Of a stretch of DNA of 64,000 nucleotides, positions 9,764 to 19,066 are shown in pieces. The notes beneath the pieces were generated by a model, which was given only the letters and a program-made list of their open reading frames with translations, did not search any database and was not told the DNA's origin. Position 1 is the stretch's first letter, and every line of letters begins with the position of its first letter. A program made the position numbers and the translations under genes. The DNA lies in assembly GCF_058153355.1 (NCBI RefSeq), contig NZ_CM177019.1; one strand, written 5' to 3'.

Positions 9764-10921
9764 TTATTTAAATAAGGGTTTAAGACCGCTCGGGGGTTGC
9801 TTCACCGATGACCAACCTCCCTTACCTAAGTTATAACGCAGCCATTCACCTTGTTGGGCGTGCTCTTTCCCAATTCCAGTCGCTTGTTGAGTGTAAAGCT
9901 GCCCGTCTGTTGATATAAACGTGTTAGTTAATCCCCAACTACCACCTGCTTCAAGTGAGTCGGTGAGATCCTCTGGCTTGAGATTAATCAACTCCCCTTC
10001 GCCCAGGGCGTTGGTTGTTACTTTATAAATTTGGTTCTTATATAAACCGGTATTCCGAACAAACAGATAAAAATATTCCGGATCAACTCCCGCCAGCGTT
10101 TCATAAACACAATCACTACCCGCTGGCGTTGCTTCTTGTTTGAGCCAGGACACAGTCTTCAAACCAATATTAAATGACGCACAACTGTGACTAATATCCT
10201 CCAACTTATAGTCATGCTCACCGCTTTTATCGCGATAAACCAACCGTTCGCCAGGCATCCAACGTTTAATCTGAAAAGTTTTGCGATCGGCGGGCAGTGG
10301 CTTGCCATTAACGATCACCTGCGAATTTGTCAGCACAACAAATTGCAGGGCGGAATCATGCCGCACGATTTGAAATCCATCGGCATGACCCAACCAGCGC
10401 CCTTTATGCCAGAGGCCATTTTTATCACGCAGTAAATTCCAGATGTCCGTCTCTTCCAGCGTTGACATATCCACCTGCTTATCACCGCTATTATCATCGG
10501 TACGCTGGCCGTCAAAATAGATACTGCGTTTATCGGCAGCGAAAGCGCCGAATGCCTGAAAACTGGCAGCGTCGACTTTAGGTTTACCGGGGGGATTTTT
10601 CAGGACTTTGCCTGCCCAAATAACAAAGCGTCCATCGGTGAGCCAGGAATGCTGGCAATCCCCCTTATCATCGCAATCGAACTTATCGGGATTAAAATCG
10701 GACAGTAACCGGCAATCTTGCTTATTAGCTAAATTGGCAATGCGCCAGAGGCGGGAAAAATTAACGTCTGGTAATTCGGAGAGGATCTCATCTTCTTTTC
10801 CCTTCTGTTCGGCAACGTAAACCGTGCCTTTATCATGCTGGCGGTAATAAAAATCCGCGCCCCAGGAAGGTAAAATGGAGAGAGGTAATGCGGCGATTAA
10901 TAACCAACTGCGCTTAACCAT
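9764..10921 (-). CDS. secreted repeat protein A, paralog of previous gene, DKNYY-like repeats
   Basis: Start trimmed to MVKRSWLLIAALPLSILPSWGA signal peptide (386 aa); the 438 aa track ORF would overlap the cycA 3' end and terminator; same conserved core as protein B. Confidence 0.6.
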   Translation of the reverse strand: MVKRSWLLIAALPLSILPSWGADFYYRQHDKGTVYVAEQKGKEDEILSELPDVNFSRLWRIANLANKQDCRLLSDFNPDKFDCDDKGDCQHSWLTDGRFVIWAGKVLKNPPGKPKVDAASFQAFGAFAADKRSIYFDGQRTDDNSGDKQVDMSTLEETDIWNLLRDKNGLWHKGRWLGHADGFQIVRHDSALQFVVLTNSQVIVNGKPLPADRKTFQIKRWMPGERLVYRDKSGEHDYKLEDISHSCASFNIGLKTVSWLKQEATPAGSDCVYETLAGVDPEYFYLFVRNTGLYKNQIYKVTTNALGEGELINLKPEDLTDSLEAGGSWGLTNTFISTDGQLYTQQATGIGKEHAQQGEWLRYNLGKGGWSSVKQPPSGLKPLFK

Positions 10922-11013
10922 AGTGAACTCTGCAACGAGTGGCAAAGATCCACGGTAAGCTCGCGCCTGAGGGCTGTCTATGATGGTAGATTTTTTTAGG
11001 AATATATAAAGAC

Positions 11014-11035
11014 AAAGGCACCCGCAGGTGCCTTT
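11014..11035 (-). terminator. cycA rho-independent terminator
   Basis: aaaggcacc / ggtgccttt stem with 4-nt loop, T-run on the minus strand immediately after. Confidence 0.55.
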
Positions 11036-11054
11036 CAGAGTTATAAACGCGGCA

Positions 11055-12458
11055 TTACTTCGCCATGCGTTTTTTACCAATAAACAACCAGCCCAACCCC
11101 AGCGCGATAAACCACAGCGGGGTAACTATCAGCGCCTGGCGAGTGTCATCTTCCAGTGTCAGCAGCACGACCACGAACACAAAGAACGCCATACATACCC
11201 AGCACATCAGCTTGCCGAGCGGCATCTTGTAGATAGACTTCTCATGCAGGTGCGGACGCTGTTTGCGATACACCAGGTATGAGCAAAGGATAATCGTCCA
11301 GACGAACATAAACAGAATCGCGGAAACAGTCGTGATCATCGTGAACGCGCCAATTACACTTGGATTCACATACAACATCACCACGCCGCCAAGCAGACAG
11401 ATACAAGAGAAGGTCAGCCCTTTCGCGGGTACGGCGCGCTTAGAAAGTTTAGCGAACGCTTTCGGCGCAACACCTTCCTGGGCCAGACCAAACAGCATAC
11501 GGCTGGTAGAGAAGACGCCGCTGTTAGCGGAAGACGCCGCAGAGGTCAGCACCACAAAGTTGATTACGCTGGCAGCCGCAGGCAAACCCACCAACACAAA
11601 CAATTCAACAAACGGGCTTTTCTCCGGGACTACTGAACTCCACGGCGTCACGGACATAATCACAATCAGCGCGAAGACGTAGAACATAATGATACGGATC
11701 GGAATGGAGTTAATCGCACGTGGCAGTGATTTCTCCGGATCTTTCGTTTCCGCAGCGGTTGTACCGACCAGCTCAATCCCCACGAAAGCGAAAACCGCTA
11801 TCTGGAATCCGGCAAAGAAGCCACTTAAACCTTTCGGGAACCAGCCGCCGTCATTCCACAAATGCGCGAATGACGCTTCCACACCGGTCGGTGACTGAAA
11901 GTGCATCGCCACCATGACCAGGCCGACGACAATCAGTGACACGATGGCGACAATTTTGATCATCGCAAACCAGAACTCCATCTCACCGAACATTTTCACG
12001 GTGGCGAGGTTAAGCGTCAGCAGCAGCACTATCACCGCCAGCGAGGCGACCCAGTCGGAGAGATCGGGGAACCAGAACTGAGCATAGGCAGTGATGGCCA
12101 CCACGTCCGCCATACCGGTAACCACCCAGCAGAACCAGTAGGTCCAGCCAGTGAAATATCCCGCCCATGGCCCCAGTAAATCGGAAGCGAAGTCACTAAA
12201 AGATTTGTATTCCAGATTCGAAAGCAGCAATTCCCCCATTGCCCGCATCACGAAAAAGAGCATAAAACCGATGATCATATAAACGAAGATGATCGACGGT
12301 CCGGCAAGGCTGATTGTTTTACCGGACCCCATAAACAACCCCGTACCAATGGCCCCACCAATGGCAATAAGCTGAATATGTCGGTTTGTGAGATTGCGCC
12401 GTAGCGACTGTTCAGCCGGAGCCTGATCATCGGCAACGACTTTTACCTGATCTACCAT
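11055..12458 (-). CDS. cycA: D-serine/D-alanine/glycine APC-family permease
   Basis: 467 aa polytopic amino-acid permease with typical N-terminal motif (HIQLIAIGGAIGTGLFMGSG). Confidence 0.92.
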   Translation of the reverse strand: MVDQVKVVADDQAPAEQSLRRNLTNRHIQLIAIGGAIGTGLFMGSGKTISLAGPSIIFVYMIIGFMLFFVMRAMGELLLSNLEYKSFSDFASDLLGPWAGYFTGWTYWFCWVVTGMADVVAITAYAQFWFPDLSDWVASLAVIVLLLTLNLATVKMFGEMEFWFAMIKIVAIVSLIVVGLVMVAMHFQSPTGVEASFAHLWNDGGWFPKGLSGFFAGFQIAVFAFVGIELVGTTAAETKDPEKSLPRAINSIPIRIIMFYVFALIVIMSVTPWSSVVPEKSPFVELFVLVGLPAAASVINFVVLTSAASSANSGVFSTSRMLFGLAQEGVAPKAFAKLSKRAVPAKGLTFSCICLLGGVVMLYVNPSVIGAFTMITTVSAILFMFVWTIILCSYLVYRKQRPHLHEKSIYKMPLGKLMCWVCMAFFVFVVVLLTLEDDTRQALIVTPLWFIALGLGWLFIGKKRMAK

Positions 12459-12766
12459 GTTTTTTTCTTCCTGTACCTGTCTGTGTTGTTCAGGCTCTGC
12501 GGCCTTTAGTCAGTCTATGATACGACGAATCTGTATCGGGACTCATCGATATTAGGTAACAATACGCGGGATGAATACTAAGATTTAGATCTAATGTTAA
12601 TTTTATGTTTAAAGTGAGTGTCATATCACGGTGATAACGCGAAACAGCTCACAAAAATACACGCTTACGTGGTCTTTGCAACACAAAATAGCGCCATTTG
12701 GCAAACTGAAGGGTTTATTGCTGAATGCCTGCTCCCCTCTGGCTCGAGGGGAACAGAATGCGCTGC

Positions 12767-13387
12767 TTAGAGGATTTCCAGCAGTTCGACTTCAAACACC
12801 AGGGTGCTGAACGGAGGGATGGACGCGCCTGCGCCACGCTCGCCATATGCCAGTTCCTGCGGGATAGTCAGTTCCCATTTAGAACCTACCGGCATCAGAG
12901 TCAGTGCTTCAATCCAGCCAGGGATCACGCCGTTAACCGGGAATTCAGCTGGCTCGCCACGGGCAACAGAGCTGTCAAACACAGTGCCGTCGATCAGTTT
13001 ACCGGTGTAATGAACACGAACGCGGTCAGTGCGTGCCGGAATTGCGCCTTCCCCCTGATTGATCACGCGGAATTGCAGGCCAGATTCGGTGCTATTCACA
13101 CCTTCTTTTTTGGCGTTTTCTTCCAGGTATTTCACACCTTCAGCAGCCATCGCCTGGAAACGCTGACGACGAACGGCATCGGCGCGTTCGTGGATTTCAC
13201 GCAGCGCGCGGTGCACCACATCAACCGGAACAGCCGGATGTTTGCCTTCCAGCGCATCGGCAATGCCTGCAACCAGTGCTTCTGGCAGCAGCCCTTCCAG
13301 GCCAGATTCACTCAGTTGTTGCCCTACCTGCAAACCAATGCCGTAGCTTGCTTGCGCTTCGATGGTGTCAAAAGTTGGGGTGGTCAT
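12767..13387 (-). CDS. fklB: FKBP-type peptidyl-prolyl cis-trans isomerase
   Basis: Start trimmed to MTTPTFDT (206 aa); FKBP domain ([25 protein letters not shown]). Confidence 0.92.
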
Positions 13388-13604
13388 CGTATTTCCTTTC
13401 TTAGGGTATAAAGTAGCGGGCAGCATATCAGCCACACTTCTTTGGGTAAAACTTTGTCGCGGGAATGATGACAAATCCCGGGGAAAAAGAAACAATAGCA
13501 ATATCCCGTATGAATATAATAAAGGCGGGTTTACCACGGACATCATAGCGTTAGCTTATTCATAGGCTATGATTGAGGAACAAGACGCGGAGCAGGAGGA
13601 AACC

Positions 13605-14243
13605 ATGCCCGGGCGCTTTGAACTAAAACCAACCCTGGAGAAAGTCTGGCACGCGCCGGACAATTTTCGCTTCATGGACCCGCTACCGCCGATGCATCGT
13701 CGGGGGATCATTATTGCCGCTATTGTATTGGTGGTCGGATTTCTACTCCCGTCTGATGATACGCCAAACGCGCCGGTGGTGACGCGTGAAGCACAGTTAG
13801 ATATTCAGTCGCAATCACAACCGCCGACAGAAGAACAGCTGCGGGCGCAATTAGTCACACCACAAAATGATCCTGATCAGGTGGCTCCGGTCGCTCCAGA
13901 ACCGATACAGGAAGGCCAACCGGAAGAGCAGCCGCAAACCTCGCAAGTGCAACCTTTCCAGCCAGATAGCGGAATTGACAATCAATGGCGCTCTTATCGT
14001 GTCGAACCCGGTAAAACAATGGCGCAGCTGTTCCGCGACCACGGACTGCCCGCTACCGATGTCTATGCAATGGCGCAGGTAGAAGGCGCGGATAAGCCAC
14101 TGAGTAATTTGCAAAATGGGCAGATGGTGAAAATCCGCCAGAACGCCAGCGGCGTGGTGACGGGCTTAACCATTGATACGGGAAATAATCAACAGGTCCT
14201 GTTTACCCGCCAGCCGGATGGCAGTTTTATTCGCGCGCGGTAG
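13605..14243 (+). CDS. ytfB: cell-division protein YtfB (OapA/LysM-like)
   Basis: Start trimmed to [10 protein letters not shown] (212 aa); one TM segment, Pro/Gln-rich linker, C-terminal OapA-like domain. Confidence 0.85.
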   Translation: MPGRFELKPTLEKVWHAPDNFRFMDPLPPMHRRGIIIAAIVLVVGFLLPSDDTPNAPVVTREAQLDIQSQSQPPTEEQLRAQLVTPQNDPDQVAPVAPEPIQEGQPEEQPQTSQVQPFQPDSGIDNQWRSYRVEPGKTMAQLFRDHGLPATDVYAMAQVEGADKPLSNLQNGQMVKIRQNASGVVTGLTIDTGNNQQVLFTRQPDGSFIRAR

Positions 14244-14874
14244 ATGAAGGGTCAACCAGAAGCCAGCTAAGGATCGTCTCTTTGATGACCTTACGCCTGG
14301 CTTCCAGTGCCTGCGGTGAAACCATACTGATGTGATAAACCAGGCCAAGCGTATGTTGGTTGATCAAATAATATCCTCCAAGAGCAGCAATATTAATATT
14401 CACCTGCAACGGGTCGATATCTGGCTTAAAAATATTGCGCCGTTTGCCTTCAGCTAATAATGACTCCATTAACTGTAAGTGTGCGTGGTTAATTTCTAAA
14501 AGGCGCTGTGATTTTGCATAATGCACCCCTTTACTCTGGTTTTCACTATGCACAATTTTTAAAAACCAGGGGTTAGCAATGTAATAATCCCAGGTGAAAT
14601 CGATAATTTTCTCAATGGCTTTTTGTGGCGGAAGACCTGAGAAATCAAGGGATTTTTCTTTTTGCCGAATATCATTCCAGGTATATTCCAGCACTTCGAT
14701 AAATAAATTTTCTTTATTACCAAAGTGATGATAAACCGTCTGTTTACTGCACTCCGCGGCCTTGACGATATTATCGACTCTGGCCCCTTCGTAACCATAT
14801 TCGGCAAATTCATTAACCGCACATAACAACAGCTTTTCCTTCAGGCTTTGTACGTTGCTGGTATCAAGATACAT
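14227..14874 (-). CDS. TetR-family transcriptional regulator, intact, at the K-12 ytfA position
   Basis: Start taken at MYLDTSNVQ (215 aa); TetR N-terminal HTH ([32 protein letters not shown]); divergent from the downstream operon; 3' end overlaps ytfB by 17 nt. Confidence 0.8.
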   Translation of the reverse strand: MYLDTSNVQSLKEKLLLCAVNEFAEYGYEGARVDNIVKAAECSKQTVYHHFGNKENLFIEVLEYTWNDIRQKEKSLDFSGLPPQKAIEKIIDFTWDYYIANPWFLKIVHSENQSKGVHYAKSQRLLEINHAHLQLMESLLAEGKRRNIFKPDIDPLQVNINIAALGGYYLINQHTLGLVYHISMVSPQALEARRKVIKETILSWLLVDPSSTARE

Positions 14875-15085
14875 TCCGCTTCCCCACGTCTTCTTCGTGA
14901 TGACTATCTTAACCCGATTTGTTAGAAGCTCCACTAAAATGGCTAAAAACTCGCAATTTCATCGGGTTATCAAATGCTCTGTGATCATTATCGCATATCA
15001 ACCAACTAGATGGTTGATCTTTCTTGCCACACATTGCAAGCTAATCGTCACTTAAGGAAATAATATTCAAAAAGAGGGTTATTGT

Positions 15086-15877
15086 ATGAAGTCAACACGT
15101 CCTGTTGCTGTCATCACTGGAGCCGCACGTGGTATTGGAAAGGGCTGTGCACTGGAACTTGCGCGTGGCGGATTTAATCTGCTGATTAATGATCGTCCGG
15201 ATGCCGACAGCGTAGAAAAATTACATGCCACACAACAAGAATGTCTGGCGGAAGGCGTGGAAGTCATTTGCTTCCCTGCCGATGTCGGCGATCTCTCCTT
15301 GCATGAAGAGATGCTCGACGCGGCGCAAAACCAGTGGGGGCGTCTGGACTGCCTGCTCAATAACGCCGGGATTTCAGTGAAAAAACGCGGTGACCTCCTC
15401 GACCTCGAACCAGACAGCTTCGACCAAAACATTGCCATTAACACCCGTGCGCCGTTCTTCCTTGCTCAGGCATTCAGTAAGCGATTACTGGCACAGCCGA
15501 AACCGGAAGCAGAACTGCCGCACCGCTCGATTATTTTTGTCAGTTCCATAAACGCCATCATGCTGGCGATGAATCGCGGCGAATATACCATTGCCAAAAC
15601 TGCCGTCTCCGCCGCAGCTCGCCTGTTTGCCGCTCGCCTTTGCAATGAACAAATTGGCGTTTATGAAGTGCGCCCTGGCCTAATCAAAACCGATATGACC
15701 ATTCCGGCAACGGCTTATTACGACGAACTGATTGCTAAGGGGTTAGTGCCGTGGGGACGTTGGGGTTATCCGGCTGATATTGCCTCAACGGTCCGCGCGA
15801 TGGCGGAAGGCAAACTGATTTACACCTGTGGTCAGGCGGTCGCCATCGACGGCGGCTTAAGTATGCCGCGCTTCTGA
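15086..15877 (+). CDS. short-chain dehydrogenase/reductase (SDR)
   Basis: 263 aa; TGAARGIG cofactor motif, NNAG, catalytic YxxxK (YTIAK); AGAGGG RBS. Confidence 0.85.
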   Translation: MKSTRPVAVITGAARGIGKGCALELARGGFNLLINDRPDADSVEKLHATQQECLAEGVEVICFPADVGDLSLHEEMLDAAQNQWGRLDCLLNNAGISVKKRGDLLDLEPDSFDQNIAINTRAPFFLAQAFSKRLLAQPKPEAELPHRSIIFVSSINAIMLAMNRGEYTIAKTAVSAAARLFAARLCNEQIGVYEVRPGLIKTDMTIPATAYYDELIAKGLVPWGRWGYPADIASTVRAMAEGKLIYTCGQAVAIDGGLSMPRF

Positions 15878-15886
15878 GGCTGAATC

Positions 15887-16729
15887 ATGAGAGATCTGTT
15901 ACAACGCCCGGATTTATTCAGTATCAATACTGCGACACTGGGCTATAAAACACCGCTACCTGCCATTATTGATGCCTGCGCCGCACGCGGTATTGGCGCG
16001 ATTGCCCCCTGGCGCAGGGAGTTACAGGGTGAAGATCTCCAACAAATCGCCCGCCAGCTTGCTGCCAGTAACATGAGCGTTTCCGGTTTGTGCCGTAGCA
16101 CCTATTACACCGCGCCGACGCTGACGGAACGCAAACTGGCGATTGATGATAACCGCCGGGCGCTGGACGACGCCGCTGTACTGAACGCCGCCTGTTATAT
16201 GCAGGTGGTTGGCGGTCTGCCAATGGGAACAAAAGATCTGTACGAAGCGCGGGAACAGGTGAAACAAGGGATTCGCCAGTTGCTGCCACATTCGAAAGAT
16301 GTCGGCGTACCAATTGCGCTGGAGCCGCTACACCCGATGACCGCCGCCGATCGCTCTTGCCTGTGCACGTTACGTCAGGCGCTGGACTGGTGTGATGAAC
16401 TCGATCCCGATGGGGAGTTTGGCCTCGGCGTGGCGGTGGATGTTTATCACGTCTGGTGGGACCCGGATCTCGCCAGTCAGATCCTGCGTGCCGGAAAGCG
16501 CATCCTCGCGTTTCATGTTTCCGACTGGCTGGTGCCAACCACCGATTTAGTCAATGACCGGGGAATGCCGGGAGATGGCGTAATCAATATTCCGTCTATT
16601 CGTCGCCAGGTAGAAAATGCCGGATTTAACGGTGCTATTGAACTGGAAATATTCTCACCGTACTGGTGGCAAAAAGATATTAACAGCACACTGGATATTA
16701 GCGTCGATCGCATCGCGCATTATTGCTAA
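15887..16729 (+). CDS. sugar phosphate isomerase/epimerase-like TIM-barrel protein
   Basis: 280 aa; overall resemblance to xylose-isomerase-like TIM-barrel enzymes (IALEPLHP, AFHVSD); 9-nt gap to upstream gene. Confidence 0.6.
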   Translation: MRDLLQRPDLFSINTATLGYKTPLPAIIDACAARGIGAIAPWRRELQGEDLQQIARQLAASNMSVSGLCRSTYYTAPTLTERKLAIDDNRRALDDAAVLNAACYMQVVGGLPMGTKDLYEAREQVKQGIRQLLPHSKDVGVPIALEPLHPMTAADRSCLCTLRQALDWCDELDPDGEFGLGVAVDVYHVWWDPDLASQILRAGKRILAFHVSDWLVPTTDLVNDRGMPGDGVINIPSIRRQVENAGFNGAIELEIFSPYWWQKDINSTLDISVDRIAHYC

Positions 16730-16732
16730 GGA

Positions 16733-17515
16733 ATGATCATGAGTGACCAACCCGTTCTGTTCAGCAGAGCGGCGGCTTCCTGCCGCCTGACATTGAACCG
16801 TGAAGATAAATGTCATGCTATTAATGAAGAAATGATCGAATCTCTCGACCATTATTTAAATGAAATTGAAAACGACACCACATTACGATTAGTCGAATTA
16901 ACGGCAACCGGCGATAAATTCTTTTGTGCAGGCGGCGATATTAAATCGTGGTCAGCCTATTCGCCATTAGATATGGGCAGAAAATGGATTAAACGCGGCA
17001 ATGACGTTTTTAATCGCCTGCGCAACTTACCCCAATTAACCGTTGCGAATCTCAACGGTCATACCATCGGCGGCGGTATTGAACTTGCCTTGTGCTGTGA
17101 TATTCGTATTGCCCGCCCCGGCGCGAAATTCTCTAACCCGGAAGTGATGCTCGGCATGGTACCTGGCTGGATGGGCATTGAACGCGTGCTTAATCAGGTC
17201 GGTCCGGTGGTCGGTCGCCAGATGCTGATGCTGGGTAAACGCCTGACGGCGCAGGAAGCTCAGGCGGCGAATTTAATTGATGAAGTGGTAGAAAAAGAAC
17301 AGGTGGAAAGCTGGATGGCGAATCAGTTAGCGCAACTGGAAAAATGTGGTCCGGTAGCGCTGGCACATATTAAGCAACTGATTCTGGCGCTGGAAAATAA
17401 ACACGCCGATTACCCGCACCAGTTACTGGCTGGATTAATGTCCGCCACTCAGGATTGCCAGCAGGCGACGCGCGCATTTGCCGAAAAAGCCAGCGTGAGC
17501 TTCCATAATCAATAA
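16733..17515 (+). CDS. enoyl-CoA hydratase/isomerase (crotonase family)
   Basis: 260 aa; FFCAGGDIKSW and GHTIGGGIELALCCDIRIA crotonase-fold motifs. Confidence 0.8.
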   Translation: MIMSDQPVLFSRAAASCRLTLNREDKCHAINEEMIESLDHYLNEIENDTTLRLVELTATGDKFFCAGGDIKSWSAYSPLDMGRKWIKRGNDVFNRLRNLPQLTVANLNGHTIGGGIELALCCDIRIARPGAKFSNPEVMLGMVPGWMGIERVLNQVGPVVGRQMLMLGKRLTAQEAQAANLIDEVVEKEQVESWMANQLAQLEKCGPVALAHIKQLILALENKHADYPHQLLAGLMSATQDCQQATRAFAEKASVSFHNQ

Positions 17516-17524
17516 GGAAATTGT

Positions 17525-19066
17525 ATGCGTAAGATAACAACCGCCGAGACACTGGCGGCGCAAATTCAGGACGGCGCAACCATTGCCATTAGCGGTAATG
17601 GCGGTGGCATGGTGGAAGCGGACCATATTCTGGCTGCTATTGAAGCGCGTTTCCTGCAAACCGGACACCCGCGCGATCTGACATTAATCCACTCACTGGG
17701 CATTGGCGATCGCGACTGCAAAGGCACTAACCGCTTCGCTCATGCAGATATGCTCAAACGCATCATTGCCGGACATTTTACCTGGTCGCCCAAGATGCAG
17801 GATCTGGTGAAAAACAATGCTATTGAAGCCTACTGCTTCCCTGGTGGCGTAATTCAGGCACTGCTGCGGGAGATCGGTGCCGGACGTCCAGGGCTTTTTA
17901 CCCACGTTGGGCTGGGATCGTTTGTTGATCCGCGCAACGGCGGCGGTAAGTCGAACGCCAGCACCACTGAGGATCTGGTAGAACTGATTGAAATCGACGG
18001 TGAAACCAAACTTCGTTATCGCCCTTTCAAAGTGGACTACGCGATTTTGCGTGGCACTTATGCCGATCCGCGTGGCAACGTCAGCCTCGAAGAAGAGGCG
18101 ATTGATATGGATAGCTATTCCATGGCGCTGGCAGCACACAACAGCGGCGGCAAAGTGTTCGTACAGGTGCGCGATGTGCTGGAAGCTGGTGCCATTGAAC
18201 CACGCCGGGTCAAATTACCGGGCATTCTGGTTGATGGCATCGTTGAACACCGCGAACAACCGCAAACCTATCTTGGCGGTTACGACCTGACCATCAGCGG
18301 TCAGCATCGCCGTCTAAGTTCTAACGACGCTATTGAACTGGTTAGTCATCCGGTGCGCCGCCTGATTGCCCGTCGGGCAGCACGCGAACTGGTGGCTGGC
18401 GCTTCAACCAACTTTGGCTTTGGTATTCCGGGCGGTATTCCAGGAGTAGCGCTGCGCGAAGGCGTGCCTTATCAAAGTTTATGGCTGAGCGTAGAACAGG
18501 GCGTACATAACGGCATGATGCTGGATGATGCTCTGTTCGGCTGCGCCCGTAACGCCGATGCCATTATTCCATCACTCGATCAATTCGAATTCTACAGTGG
18601 CGGAGGGATCGATATCACCTTCCTCGGCATGGGAGAGATGGATCAGTACGGTAACGTCAACGTCTCCCATCTCAATGGCAATCTCATTGGCCCCGGCGGA
18701 TTTCTCGAAATTGCGCAAAACGCCCGTAAAGTGGTGTTCTGCGGCACGTTCGACGCCAAAGGTAGCAAGATTGATGTAACACCAGATGGCTTGCATATTG
18801 CCCAGTCAGGTCAAATCCCTAAACTGGTTACCCAGGTGGAAAAAATCACTTTTAGCGCCGCCTACGCACAGCAAAGCGGTCAGGAAGTGTTGTATATCAC
18901 TGAACGTGCAATATTCCAGTTAACGGCAGAAGGCGTTGAATTAATTGAAATCGCACCAGGTGTGGAGATTGAGCGCGACATTCTGCCATATATGGCTTTC
19001 CGTCCAATTATCAATCAGCCACGCCTGATGGAAAGTAGCCTGTTTACGCCGATGGAGGATGCATGA
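17525..19066 (+). CDS. family I CoA-transferase, fused A/B subunits (YdiF-like)
   Basis: 513 aa; two-domain CoA-transferase architecture; stop overlaps next start (ATGA). Confidence 0.7.
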   Translation: MRKITTAETLAAQIQDGATIAISGNGGGMVEADHILAAIEARFLQTGHPRDLTLIHSLGIGDRDCKGTNRFAHADMLKRIIAGHFTWSPKMQDLVKNNAIEAYCFPGGVIQALLREIGAGRPGLFTHVGLGSFVDPRNGGGKSNASTTEDLVELIEIDGETKLRYRPFKVDYAILRGTYADPRGNVSLEEEAIDMDSYSMALAAHNSGGKVFVQVRDVLEAGAIEPRRVKLPGILVDGIVEHREQPQTYLGGYDLTISGQHRRLSSNDAIELVSHPVRRLIARRAARELVAGASTNFGFGIPGGIPGVALREGVPYQSLWLSVEQGVHNGMMLDDALFGCARNADAIIPSLDQFEFYSGGGIDITFLGMGEMDQYGNVNVSHLNGNLIGPGGFLEIAQNARKVVFCGTFDAKGSKIDVTPDGLHIAQSGQIPKLVTQVEKITFSAAYAQQSGQEVLYITERAIFQLTAEGVELIEIAPGVEIERDILPYMAFRPIINQPRLMESSLFTPMEDA

